Shown: positions 51,207 to 60,538 of the stretch, piece by piece
Layout: each line of letters begins with the position of its first letter
Position numbering within the stretch: the first letter of the stretch is position 1
NCBI GenBank assembly: GCA_963662795.1
Contig: OY759746.1
Span: 3,104,001-3,168,000 of the forward strand
Reading direction: 5' to 3'
Length of the DNA stretch: 64,000 nt
From: Spirochaetia bacterium
GTDB lineage: Bacteria; Spirochaetota; Spirochaetia; CADAEX01
Made by a program: the position numbers and the translations under genes
Notes under the pieces: model-generated
The model's input: the letters and a program-made list of their open reading frames with translations, nothing else
What the model was told of the DNA's origin: nothing
Databases searched by the model: none

Positions 51207-52237
51207 TGACGGCCAGAAATTCCTAGCGCAATAAACTAATATTGTGACAGGAGTTTTAAGTGAGTTACAAAAGAATGAATCTCAATGAAAGAATGGCCAT
51301 TTTTCAGATGATTTACACCAAAAGATTAAAGCTATCACAAATAGCAAGTAATCTTGGCCGAAGAGCTTCAAGTATTACAAGAGAAATAAAACGCGGTACT
51401 GATGAAGGATATTACAATCCTTTAATTGCAGAGTATGAGCATTTAAGGCAAAGAAAAAATCAGAGCCCCAAATTAAAAATAGACAACAAGTCATGGCAGC
51501 TTATAAAACCCAAACTCCAACTCCGGTGGTCCCCACAGCAAATTGCCAAATGGCTGGAAATAAATTATCCTTCAGATAAAGTGAGTGATAAAACAATTTA
51601 TAACTATGTCCATTTCCACATGAGGGGAGAGCTTAAAAAACTAGCGCTTAAAGATTTAAGACTCAAAGGAAAGAAAAGAAAGAGTGCAAATAAGGACGAA
51701 AAACGGGGTAAATTAAAAGATATTACCCTTATAGACGAAAGGCCTGCTGAAATTAACTCACGGAAAGTTCCAGGACACTGGGAAGGAGATCTTCTCATTG
51801 GAAAGGACCATAAATCAGCAATCTGCGTAATAGTTGAACGTAAAACTAGGTTTATCCAGCTTGATCTGTTAAAAACATATGATGCAAATACAGTAAGAAA
51901 AACAATAGAGAAAAGGTTTAAGAAGATATCTCCTCTTCTAAGAAAATCTCTGACTCTTGATCAGGGTAAAGAGAACAGTGAGTTCAAAAAACTCAAAGAA
52001 AATCTTAATATTGATGTATACTTTTACCATCCGGCATCTCCCTGGGAAAAGGGAACATGTGAAAACACAAATGGCTTGATTCGTGATATGCTTGATGAAG
52101 TAGATGATTTCAGAAAGCTTTCGCAGTATGATGTATCACGAGTAGCAAGGCTATTGAATGAGAGGCCAAGAAAAACTCTTGACTTCATAACACCTAAAGA
52201 AGCTATTGCCAATTTGCGCTAGGAATTTCTGTGCACA
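51207..52237 (+). mobile_element. IS30-family insertion sequence (about 1030 bp)
   Basis: Perfect 18-bp inverted repeats CAGAAATTCCTAGCGCAA (51214-51231) and TTGCGCTAGGAATTTCTG (52214-52231); TG...CA ends with an AA target duplication (or AAT if the left end is 51208). Confidence 0.93.
51260..52222 (+). CDS. IS30-family DDE transposase
   Basis: HTH LGRRASSITREIKR, WSPQQI, GHWEGDL, TLDQGKE, SPWEKGTCENTNGLIR and LNERPRKTL. Confidence 0.95.
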   Translation: MSYKRMNLNERMAIFQMIYTKRLKLSQIASNLGRRASSITREIKRGTDEGYYNPLIAEYEHLRQRKNQSPKLKIDNKSWQLIKPKLQLRWSPQQIAKWLEINYPSDKVSDKTIYNYVHFHMRGELKKLALKDLRLKGKKRKSANKDEKRGKLKDITLIDERPAEINSRKVPGHWEGDLLIGKDHKSAICVIVERKTRFIQLDLLKTYDANTVRKTIEKRFKKISPLLRKSLTLDQGKENSEFKKLKENLNIDVYFYHPASPWEKGTCENTNGLIRDMLDEVDDFRKLSQYDVSRVARLLNERPRKTLDFITPKEAIANLR

Positions 52238-52790
52238 AATGTATTCACTGGATACTTTTATTATTATTCCCGATTCATATTTATACCCGAAAGCATGTTC
52301 TTTAAATCTATCATTCAATTCGGCTATTGCATCATCAGCATCTATTCTTGGGGAGGCCTGAGCTTGATAGGAATAGTTATCTCTTATAAAACTGTCTATT
52401 AATAAAAAACATAATTCAACAACATCAAAAGATTTTTCAAGGTTTTTTTCTTGAAGAAAATATTGTAATAAGTGATCATTTGATTTCATTAGGTGGCTGT
52501 ATTGTAATAATTCAAAAATGCCATGTTCCCTACATAAAATATTTATAACCTTTTGATATAGTGCTTGGACATCATTATATCGATCATCACCAAATGCATC
52601 AGCTATGATATGCATAATTTGTACTTTTAAGCTTTGCTCAGATTTATCATATTGATATACATCAGGAACTTGTCCACGTTCAATCCTCTTACGCTTCGAA
52701 TATAAATCATATATTGCCATAATAATCCTATTATTTTACTTCATATTAATACTTGTTGTTTGGCCACACATATTTTTTTTAAAACAGATT

Positions 52791-53303
52791 TCAATAGTTA
52801 GGGGGCCCTCCGTTTTTCGATAGTAAAAACATATAAATATCTGGTTTTCTTGGGGAGCCTCCATTCCTCCAGGAGCCTGAACTATTTTGGGCATCACCAA
52901 GATATAAACCATTGGAAGATTTTACTGGAGTAGTATTAGAATATTGTCCTGTCTTTGAATTGTACCACCAGCCATTATACCAAGTTGTTCTCCCATCTGA
53001 TACACCCCAAGCGGCCTTTGGACTTTTGGGGTGTGGCATCGTATAAGTCCAACCTTGTTCATACATTTCACATGCAATTATTATTTCTTGATTTGATGAA
53101 GAAATTCCAGGGCGTAAAAACTGTTTATTTTTACTTACTATTATGTCTGATGATAATCCTAAATCTGTAATCTTAGACCATGTATTATCATCATATAAAA
53201 CAGCTTTTGTGCCGTCTTTTAGTGTTACAATCTCTTCGGAAAATAGATTTATGGCTACACCCAGCAGACTAATAAATAAAAATGCTTTTTTATTCATTCT
53301 CAT
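52791..53303 (-). CDS. Hypothetical secreted protein, Trp/Gly/Pro-rich C-terminal domain
   Basis: AGGAG RBS and signal peptide (LFS|EE); VTLKDGTKAVLYDDNTW N-terminal module; aromatic-rich C-terminal half. Confidence 0.7.
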   Translation of the reverse strand: MRMNKKAFLFISLLGVAINLFSEEIVTLKDGTKAVLYDDNTWSKITDLGLSSDIIVSKNKQFLRPGISSSNQEIIIACEMYEQGWTYTMPHPKSPKAAWGVSDGRTTWYNGWWYNSKTGQYSNTTPVKSSNGLYLGDAQNSSGSWRNGGSPRKPDIYMFLLSKNGGPPNY

Positions 53304-53690
53304 TCTCCTAATTGTTCAACGAGGAGGGCCTTGAACATAAAGACATCGCTTCAAACTGATGTACTAATTTTCATGTTTTGATAAAAGCATGATGAGCAGA
53401 CCTATAGTATAAACTAGTAACATTCTAATCCCTCCCCATATATATGAACAGTAGAATTTAAAGAGTCATTAGAAATGATGGAATATGTATCAAAAATGAG
53501 TATTTACACCTGAATCTGGTTAATAAGTTGCAATAAAAAGAAGTAACATATAACGTATTTCCCCCGATTGTCGAAAAGAGGGATTATTTTTGTTTTATCC
53601 AGCTGTCATGTTTTAGTTAAAAACCTGGATTACCACTTGAATATGAGTCTAATTTTTCATTAGCTTTTTGAATGACTGCTTTTTTCACAT

Positions 53691-53822
53691 TCAAGTCTTT
53701 TCATACCTTATCTGGAGCAGAAATACTGCTTTGAGAGTAAAATCCTTTCCGTATTTGTCTGGCATGCCATCAATATATCGATCAGGATCATCTGGAAGCC
53801 TTAAGCTTCTTGGCTTACTCAC
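53691..53822 (-). pseudogene. Ribbon-helix-helix (Arc/CopG-like) small ORF, probably degenerate
   Basis: GTG-start 43 aa MSKPRSLRLPDDPDRYIDGMPDKYGKDFTLKAVFLLQIRYEKT; RHH-like SLRLPDD strand, but with prolines in helix A. Confidence 0.4.
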
Positions 53823-53872
53823 CTATTATAAGTTAACATAATTTTCATATAAAAATATTTATGAAATATTTC

Positions 53873-53924
53873 TTGCGTAAATGGCTGGACAGGTGTATTA
53901 TGATCATGTGCAAAACAGTTTGCA
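53873..53924 (+). promoter_or_regulatory. sigma70 promoter with LacI-type operator
   Basis: TTGCGT-N17-TATTAT (53873-53901) followed by TGCAAA-ACAG-TTTGCA (53909-53924). Confidence 0.55.
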
Positions 53925-53994
53925 AAATATTTTAATAATGAAGCTTTTTATGCAGACTTTTTAAAGCAAAAATCCATACCGGAAAGGTGAGTAA

Positions 53995-54726
53995 ATGAAG
54001 AATACTATTGAAGCGATCCTGTTTGATGTTGGCAATACACTCCGTATAGTCGTTAAGGATACTGACTTTATGGCAGCAGCAAAGAAGGAGCTTGCGAATC
54101 TGCTTGGAACAAACATGACTCCGGACCAATTCTTTGATCATCTCGAAGAAAGGTACAAAATTCTCAGAAAACAGGCTAAAGAGAAACTGATTGAAGCTTC
54201 CGAAAAGGAAATGTGGACCCGCTGGATGCTACCTGATTATCCTTATGAAAAAATTGCACCGTTATCGGGAAAATTAACCCGTCTATGGAGGGATTGCGAC
54301 GGCCGCAGGATTCCAAGGCCTGATGTGAGGCCTGTTGTGCTTGAACTGCACAAGCGGGGTTATAAGATGGGTATTATTGCCAATACTATAACAGAATCTG
54401 AAATACCTGACTGGCTGGAGGCAGATCAGCTTACAGAATATTTTGATCCTGTCATTCTTTCATCAAAGGTCGGTATCAGAAAGCCAAACCCGGAAATCTA
54501 TCTGGAAGCTGCCCGTCAAATCGGGACGGAACCTCAAAATTGTGTCTATATCGGAGATAATCCTGTCCGGGATGTAGAAGGGGCACAGGCAGCAGGTTAT
54601 GGAATGATGATTCTGATCCATGAGCCTGACACCCTGAAAAAAGAACCGCCCAATGGTGTATTTAAAGCGGACCACACAATTTATGAATTATCCGGACTGC
54701 TGGATATTTTTCTTCCCAGATCATGA
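53995..54726 (+). CDS. HAD-superfamily (IA) hydrolase
   Basis: ILFDVGNTL, IIANT, RKPNPEIY and YIGDNPVRDVEGA. Confidence 0.9.
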   Translation: MKNTIEAILFDVGNTLRIVVKDTDFMAAAKKELANLLGTNMTPDQFFDHLEERYKILRKQAKEKLIEASEKEMWTRWMLPDYPYEKIAPLSGKLTRLWRDCDGRRIPRPDVRPVVLELHKRGYKMGIIANTITESEIPDWLEADQLTEYFDPVILSSKVGIRKPNPEIYLEAARQIGTEPQNCVYIGDNPVRDVEGAQAAGYGMMILIHEPDTLKKEPPNGVFKADHTIYELSGLLDIFLPRS

Positions 54727-55016
54727 TGGTTAAAAAGGTAAAATGAACGGCCATGAGCATAGCCTGTTAAGCTGAACGGAGATTTTGATGAAATTAACCG
54801 GGAAGTGAATCAGGCAATTCTTTTTTGTCGGTTTTTTTACATAAAATAAATGAAATGAAAGAATACTTGCGTTTTTTAAATTATAATGTATTATCATAAT
54901 AGTATGCAATATTTTAGATAATATGAATATTTATGGAAATCAGGAATTTAAATGGATCAGAAAAACATGAATTCAAATTGATTTCCATTTGACTAATGAA
55001 TATTAGGAGTTAATTA

Positions 55017-56852
55017 ATGACTGTTACAACAATCCCTAAAGTTCCGCTGCCCCTGCTGAATAAGGCCCGTTTAAGACGTTTTTTACGCTGGCTTAAATCT
55101 CCGCAGGTAATTCTCTCCCTCATCATGCTTGCGGTTATGTTTTATATGGTCATCATCCCCCTCTACCGGATGCTGATAACAACCATTACATTCTCGGAGA
55201 ACGATCTGCGTTATGCACCTGGAGCTGTAGTCGGGCAGTTTACTCTTTTTCACTGGCTTAGAATGCTTACCAGTAAAATTGCTGTGATAATGACTTTTCA
55301 GCCCCTTCTTCATTCCCTGACCATCTCGTTCGGCGCAACTACACTTGCCTTTGTCATCGGCGGTACCATGGCCTGGATGGTTGTGCGGACTGATATGCCG
55401 GGAAGAAAGATCATAAACGTCCTGGCAGTGGTTCCCTATATCATGCCATCATGGACAATCGCCATGGCCTGGAAAGTACTGTTCAACAACGGCACTGCAG
55501 GAGGTGTTCCCGGAATTCTTATGTTCCTGACCGGTACTGCGCCTCCTGATTGGGTTGCTTTCGGGCCACTTCCGATCATCATAAGCAGCGCTCTGCACTA
55601 CTATACATTCTATTTTCTTTTTGTGTCCGCTGCACTGATGTCAATTGACTCAAGCCTTGAAGAGGCCGCTGAGCTCTCAGGTGCCAGCCGCGGCCGGATA
55701 CTGCGGAAAATCACATTTCCGCTTGTTATTCCCGCATTACTCTCCGGATTTATCATGACTTTTTCTAAAACCATGGGCACATTCGGCGGACCTAACGTCC
55801 TTGGAGTTCCGGTCAGTTACTATACCATGTCGACTATGCTCCGCTCCAATACAACAGTGCTTGCTTTTGGAGATGCGTTTGTTCTGGCTATAATACTTAT
55901 CCTCTTCTCAATGACAACAGTAACGGTAAACCAGAAAATCGTAGGAACAAGGAAAAGCTATGAAACCATAGGCGGACGGGGTTTTATGGCCCAGAAAACC
56001 AAACTGAGAGAAAGCAAATATATCCTGACCGCTATAACGGTTACTTTTCAGATAATTATAGCTGTACTGCCTCTGCTGCTGTTGATTATGAGTACTTTAA
56101 TGCTCCGTTCAGGCAGCTACAGTTTTGATAACCTGAGTCTGGCCCATTGGATCGGCCAGAGTGATGTGAAAATTAATAGCGGTGAACCTGGTATACTGCT
56201 GAATCCGGCTATCTGGAAAGGAGCCTGGAACTCGGTCAAGCTGGCAACGTATACCGCTTTTTTCACAGCACTGCTTGGCGTAATCCTCGGCTATGCAATA
56301 GTCAAGGGCAGAGGCACAAGGCTTGGAAAAATCGTGGAGCAGCTGGCTTTCGTTCCCTATGTTATCCCCGGTATTGCTTTCGGCGCTGTATATATCTCGA
56401 TGTTTACAAAATCTGTCGGTCCCATTCCGCCGCTTTATGGAACTTTCCTCCTGCTGGTTATTGTTTCAGTTGCAAAGCATATTCCTTACTCTTCCCGTTC
56501 CGGTGTATCTGCAATGCTGCAGGTCGGACGGGAACTCGAGGAAGCAGCAGCTGTTGCCGGAGCCAATGCGTGGCGGCGGTTCTGGCGTATAATTTTCCCT
56601 CTTACCAGCGCAGGTTTTGTTTCAGGATTTCTTTTAACCTTCATTACAACCATGCGCGAATTGTCACTTATAATACTGCTGGTAACGCCGAGTACCGCAG
56701 TACTTGCCAGCATGACAATGCGCTATATTGAAAACGGAAATGAACAGCAGGCCAATGCTGTAATATTATTACTGATTACCATCGTTCTGATTGGTAACTT
56801 TATTATCAGCCGCTTCAGAGGCGGCAGTCTAAAAAAAGGTCTTGGAGCATAA
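55017..56852 (+). CDS. ABC transporter permease (FbpB/AfuB-like, duplicated domain)
   Basis: Two EAA motifs (LEEAAELSGA and LEEAAAVAGA) and about 12 TM segments. Confidence 0.92.
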   Translation: MTVTTIPKVPLPLLNKARLRRFLRWLKSPQVILSLIMLAVMFYMVIIPLYRMLITTITFSENDLRYAPGAVVGQFTLFHWLRMLTSKIAVIMTFQPLLHSLTISFGATTLAFVIGGTMAWMVVRTDMPGRKIINVLAVVPYIMPSWTIAMAWKVLFNNGTAGGVPGILMFLTGTAPPDWVAFGPLPIIISSALHYYTFYFLFVSAALMSIDSSLEEAAELSGASRGRILRKITFPLVIPALLSGFIMTFSKTMGTFGGPNVLGVPVSYYTMSTMLRSNTTVLAFGDAFVLAIILILFSMTTVTVNQKIVGTRKSYETIGGRGFMAQKTKLRESKYILTAITVTFQIIIAVLPLLLLIMSTLMLRSGSYSFDNLSLAHWIGQSDVKINSGEPGILLNPAIWKGAWNSVKLATYTAFFTALLGVILGYAIVKGRGTRLGKIVEQLAFVPYVIPGIAFGAVYISMFTKSVGPIPPLYGTFLLLVIVSVAKHIPYSSRSGVSAMLQVGRELEEAAAVAGANAWRRFWRIIFPLTSAGFVSGFLLTFITTMRELSLIILLVTPSTAVLASMTMRYIENGNEQQANAVILLLITIVLIGNFIISRFRGGSLKKGLGA

Positions 56853-56864
56853 GGAGTAGATATC

Positions 56865-57947
56865 ATGTCAGTTGCTATCAGAATTAATAATCTAACAAAA
56901 CGTTTTGGAAATGTTACAGCCGTAAATAATGTAAGTCTAAATATCGAATCAGGTTCATTTCTGACCCTCCTGGGTCCTTCCGGATGCGGCAAAACTACAC
57001 TGCTGCGCTGTATCACGGGGCTTGAGGATCCGAATGAGGGTGAGATATTTATAGGAGATAAACTGGTTTATTCCAGCAGGGAAGGGATTTCTGTGCCTCC
57101 CGGGGAAAGAGACCTGGGTCTGGTTTTTCAGAATTATGCCTTGTGGCCTCATATGAAGGTTTACAAGAATATGACATTCGCGCTTGAAACCAAAAAAATG
57201 ACACCTGAAGAAATGGACAAGAGGGTCAAGGACTCTCTTGCTGAAGTAAAAATGTCTGGCTATGAAGACCGTTATCCAAGGGAGATGAGCGGCGGACAGC
57301 AGCAGAGAATTGCCCTAGCCCGTATGCTAGCTTACCGTCCGGGTGTATTTCTTATGGACGAACCTCTGTCAAACCTGGATGCCAGGCTGAGAATGGATAT
57401 GCGCATAGAACTTAAGCGGCTCCATCATGTAACCGGGGCCACTACTGTATATGTTACCCATGATCAGGTTGAAGCCCTGACAATGTCAACCAGCATCGCG
57501 ATAATGAAAGAGGGGGTAATCCAGCAGCTTGATACTCCTGACAGGGTTTACCATTTTCCTGCCACCCTGTTTGTCGCAGACTTTATTGGAAATCCTAAAG
57601 TCAATCTTTTAAAAGGTTCTGTTGATGAAGACGGAAAAGTCAATATGGGTTCATTCCATGTACCTGCAAATACTTGCAACACAAAAGGGAAGGTAGTCAT
57701 GGCAGTAAGGCCGGAAGATGTTACAATTTCAACATCTCCTGTTCCTGACGGAATTGAATTTACAGCCTATTCTGTTCTTCCGGCAGGAGCTGATTCTTCA
57801 ATCATAGCTCACCGCGGTGATATCGAACTGACTATACGCGAGATGGGAACCAGCACGGTCAAAATGGATGAAAAGATATGGCTGAAATTCAACCCTGAAA
57901 CAGTGAACCTTTATGATGAGAAAAGCGGGAATTTGATCACTCAGTGA
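56865..57947 (+). CDS. ABC transporter ATP-binding subunit (PotA/FbpC-like)
   Basis: GPSGCGKT, MSGGQQQR, MDEPLSNLDA and YVTHDQ; C-terminal TOBE-like region. Confidence 0.95.
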   Translation: MSVAIRINNLTKRFGNVTAVNNVSLNIESGSFLTLLGPSGCGKTTLLRCITGLEDPNEGEIFIGDKLVYSSREGISVPPGERDLGLVFQNYALWPHMKVYKNMTFALETKKMTPEEMDKRVKDSLAEVKMSGYEDRYPREMSGGQQQRIALARMLAYRPGVFLMDEPLSNLDARLRMDMRIELKRLHHVTGATTVYVTHDQVEALTMSTSIAIMKEGVIQQLDTPDRVYHFPATLFVADFIGNPKVNLLKGSVDEDGKVNMGSFHVPANTCNTKGKVVMAVRPEDVTISTSPVPDGIEFTAYSVLPAGADSSIIAHRGDIELTIREMGTSTVKMDEKIWLKFNPETVNLYDEKSGNLITQ

Positions 57948-58091
57948 TATATCCGGATTAACATTCTGTAGCTTTGCAGACCGGTTAACAGGTTCCGGCA
58001 AAATTCCAAGGAGGTAATTAAACTGACAAATACAACAGATTTTTTAAAATGGAAAATTTATTATTTTTTGAAAAATTCCAAGGAGGAAAAA

Positions 58092-59279
58092 ATGAAAAAG
58101 AGTTTGATTCTTATTCTGGTGATTATGATGACATTAAGCATGTCTCTCTGGGCCGGCGGCAAAAGTGAAGCCGCGCCTAAAGTCAATGAAGCACAGGAGA
58201 AATGGCTTAAAGACAATCAGCTTGGCCAGTATGCAACAGATACCCAGGATTGGGCTGCGATTGAAGCTGCCGCGAAAAAGGAAGGTTCAGTTATCATCTA
58301 TGCCAACTCATCAAAGATAGCCAAAGCTGTTGATGCATGGAAAAAGATTTATCCGGACATTGCAATTGAAGGCTATGACCTTGGCGGAGATGATGTTCTC
58401 GCGAAAACACTTGGCGAACAGCAGTCAGGCTTGTTTGTCGGTGATGTATGGTTCAGCAGCGGCGGAGCTGAGGTAGTAGGAAACGTCCTTCCCCACAAAT
58501 ATATATGGCGCTTTGTTCCCGACAGTCTTAAGGGAAAAATTGACCCTGTATATACCAACCCTCTTCTGGTTTCCCGCCTGGGGACTACCATTCTCTGCTA
58601 CAACTCAGAACTTAACAAAACCAGCCCCGTCTCCAATATCTGGGAGCTGACAGAACCTGAGTGGAGAAAAAAAATTGTTGTAGAAGACCCCCTTAATGAT
58701 GCCTCAACAATGAGTAAACTTCTTACCTATGTGGCTCACCCGAAAGAGATGGAAGCTGCCTATGTTGAGTATTATGGGAAAAAACCGGTACTTGATAAAG
58801 ATACACCTGATGCAGGATGGCTCTGGTTCAAGCGCTTTGCACAGAATGCTCCAATTGCACAGCCTGGCGGGGATGAAGTTGATTCTGCTTTTGCAAGCCC
58901 CGGGATGAAGGAAAATTATGTTGCCTTCACTTCCTATTCCAATTATCCCGATGTACAAGAGGGTAACCTGGTATTTGAACCATGCTGGGGTCTCAAGCCG
59001 ATGCTTGGCATCCAGAGCCAGAGCTACCTTGCCGTTATCAATCAGGCTCCGCACCCCAATGCTGCCAAGCTTTTTATCCGCTTTATTACAAGCAAAGACG
59101 GCAGAAAACCATGGTCTAAATTCGGAACCTATTTCCCGGACAGCTCCTATAAAGTTCCTGAAGGGATGAAAACCCTGGATGAGATATTTGAAATTACATG
59201 GTTTGTTGATGAGAAATTTGCCTATGACAACCTGGTTCAGGCCAGGGATTTTTACCTCCTGAATCATGGAAAGAAATAA
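58092..59279 (+). CDS. ABC transporter substrate-binding protein (AfuA/FbpA-like)
   Basis: AGGAGG RBS; signal peptide ending WAGGKSE; AAAKKEGSVIIY and APHPNAAKLFIRF motifs. Confidence 0.88.
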   Translation: MKKSLILILVIMMTLSMSLWAGGKSEAAPKVNEAQEKWLKDNQLGQYATDTQDWAAIEAAAKKEGSVIIYANSSKIAKAVDAWKKIYPDIAIEGYDLGGDDVLAKTLGEQQSGLFVGDVWFSSGGAEVVGNVLPHKYIWRFVPDSLKGKIDPVYTNPLLVSRLGTTILCYNSELNKTSPVSNIWELTEPEWRKKIVVEDPLNDASTMSKLLTYVAHPKEMEAAYVEYYGKKPVLDKDTPDAGWLWFKRFAQNAPIAQPGGDEVDSAFASPGMKENYVAFTSYSNYPDVQEGNLVFEPCWGLKPMLGIQSQSYLAVINQAPHPNAAKLFIRFITSKDGRKPWSKFGTYFPDSSYKVPEGMKTLDEIFEITWFVDEKFAYDNLVQARDFYLLNHGKK

Positions 59280-59302
59280 TTAAAACCTGGTTTAAAAAAA
59301 AT

Positions 59303-59340
59303 CTTCGGGTACGGATTGAAATATCTGGACCCGAAGGTTT
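59303..59340 (+). terminator. Stem-loop/terminator after the ABC operon
   Basis: CTTCGGGT...ACCCGAAG then GTTT; a second hairpin TTAGCAGCA...TGCTGCTAA follows. Confidence 0.55.
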
Positions 59341-59548
59341 AACAATAATTTAGCAGCAAAAATAAATAAAAACTGCTGCTAATAAGTACAGCTTAACCCT
59401 TTCTGCGAAATATTTTTCAATTTTACTGAACACTCTCTCCCATATTAAAAAAAATAAAAATCCTGTAACCGATACGGTAAATCCGGCTCTAAAGGATATA
59501 AAGAGAAATGATTTCTTTAAAAAAATCACTTAAAAGAGGTATCACGCA

Positions 59549-59989
59549 ATGACAGGGATTAAACTTAAAGGATCCGCAGCGCTTATAAACAAAAAGGCCA
59601 AATTCAAATGCACAGTTAAAGGAAAGGAAGATATTATTGTCGATTATATCCCGCCTCTTGGAGATGGGGAGGGGCACACTTCCCTTGAACTGCTCCTGTT
59701 AAGCTTATCAAGCTGTTTTGCCTCATCAGTCAAGTTTATGCTGATGAAGGAAAAAATCAAAGTTGATGAATTAAAAGTAAAAGCCGAAGGGGTGAGGCGG
59801 GAAGAGCATCCTACAGGATTTAAAAGCATAAGCCTCTATATAATTATAAAGGCGGAAGGTCTTACTTCGGATATCCTTGAAAAAGTTATCAGGATCTCTG
59901 AGGAAAGTATATGTCCTGTATACTCAATGATAAAAGGCAGCTCCAGGATAGAGGTGAAATACAGTATTGAGAATACGGAGGGAAAATGA
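59549..59989 (+). CDS. OsmC/YhfA-like family protein
   Basis: SLELLLLSLSSC, REEHPTGF and CPVYSMI (two conserved Cys). Confidence 0.88.
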   Translation: MTGIKLKGSAALINKKAKFKCTVKGKEDIIVDYIPPLGDGEGHTSLELLLLSLSSCFASSVKFMLMKEKIKVDELKVKAEGVRREEHPTGFKSISLYIIIKAEGLTSDILEKVIRISEESICPVYSMIKGSSRIEVKYSIENTEGK

Positions 59990-60498
59990 AACCTGACACT
60001 ATAAATCCCGATAAAAAAGCAATTTCCTTCTGCGGAGTATTCTGCCCGTCATGTACCCTTTATATCGGGACAAAGGAGGAGGCTGAAAGACTTTTGTTTC
60101 TTTCAAAAAGGATGGGAAAGCCTGTTGAAGAGTTGAGATGCACCGGATGCCGTTCTGATAAAGTCTCCTATTACTGCAGGGACTGCGTTCTCAAAAAGTG
60201 TGCTGAAGAATCAGGTTATGAAAGCTGTGCAGAATGCCCTGATTATCCATGCAGCATACTTGAGGAATTCCAGAAAGAGATGCCTCACCGGGCTGATTTG
60301 TGGAAATCGCTTGAAATACTTAAAAATGAGGGGTATGAAAAATGGACAGAAACAGAAACTGCGGATTTTGCCTGTCCGGAGTGCAATATAATAAACTCAG
60401 CATATGATCTTGTCTGCCGGAAATGCGGCTCAGAACCGGGTAGCAGATTCGCTGAAAGACACAGGGATAAAATTACAACACATCTTAAGAAAAAATAA
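59986..60498 (+). CDS. DUF3795 Cys-rich protein
   Basis: CGVFCPSC, CTGC, C.LKKCA, CAECPDYPC and C-terminal CPEC...CRKC; ATGA overlap with osmC. Confidence 0.82.
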   Translation: MKPDTINPDKKAISFCGVFCPSCTLYIGTKEEAERLLFLSKRMGKPVEELRCTGCRSDKVSYYCRDCVLKKCAEESGYESCAECPDYPCSILEEFQKEMPHRADLWKSLEILKNEGYEKWTETETADFACPECNIINSAYDLVCRKCGSEPGSRFAERHRDKITTHLKKK

Positions 60499-60511
60499 TA
60501 AAAAAAACAAC

Positions 60512-60535
60512 AGCCGTCCTGTTTTCGGGGCGGCT
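60512..60535. terminator. Terminator between convergent genes
   Basis: AGCCGTCCTG-TTTT-CGGGGCGGCT with an A-run on the left. Confidence 0.65.
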
Positions 60536-60538
60536 TAT

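Larger units (their letters stand above)
50773..52720 (-). pseudogene. Abortive-infection-like STM4504/CBY_0614-type protein (AbiJ-like N-terminus, HEPN-like C-terminus), split by IS30
   Basis: Removing the IS and one target copy joins ...KVSSEYI|HKEIIKPALE...CMNDCLKAFES...LRNKLSGHGQG into an uninterrupted ORF of about 304 aa. Confidence 0.85.
45717..53900. mobile_element. Degenerate integrative island carrying TA/defence cargo (right boundary approximate)
   Basis: att-like repeats and integrase pseudogene at left; visibly AT-rich cargo (TA pairs, Abi-like gene, IS30); host-like genes resume at 53995. Confidence 0.7.

Noticed and set aside
52151-52237. C-terminus CAQKFLAQ... of the 189-aa ORF as a real protein end
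   Set aside because: It is read-through into the IS30 right end; the true continuation is at 51204 and below.
53430-53900. Right attachment site of the island
   Set aside because: No convincing second copy of the core or arm repeats was found by eye, so the boundary remains approximate.
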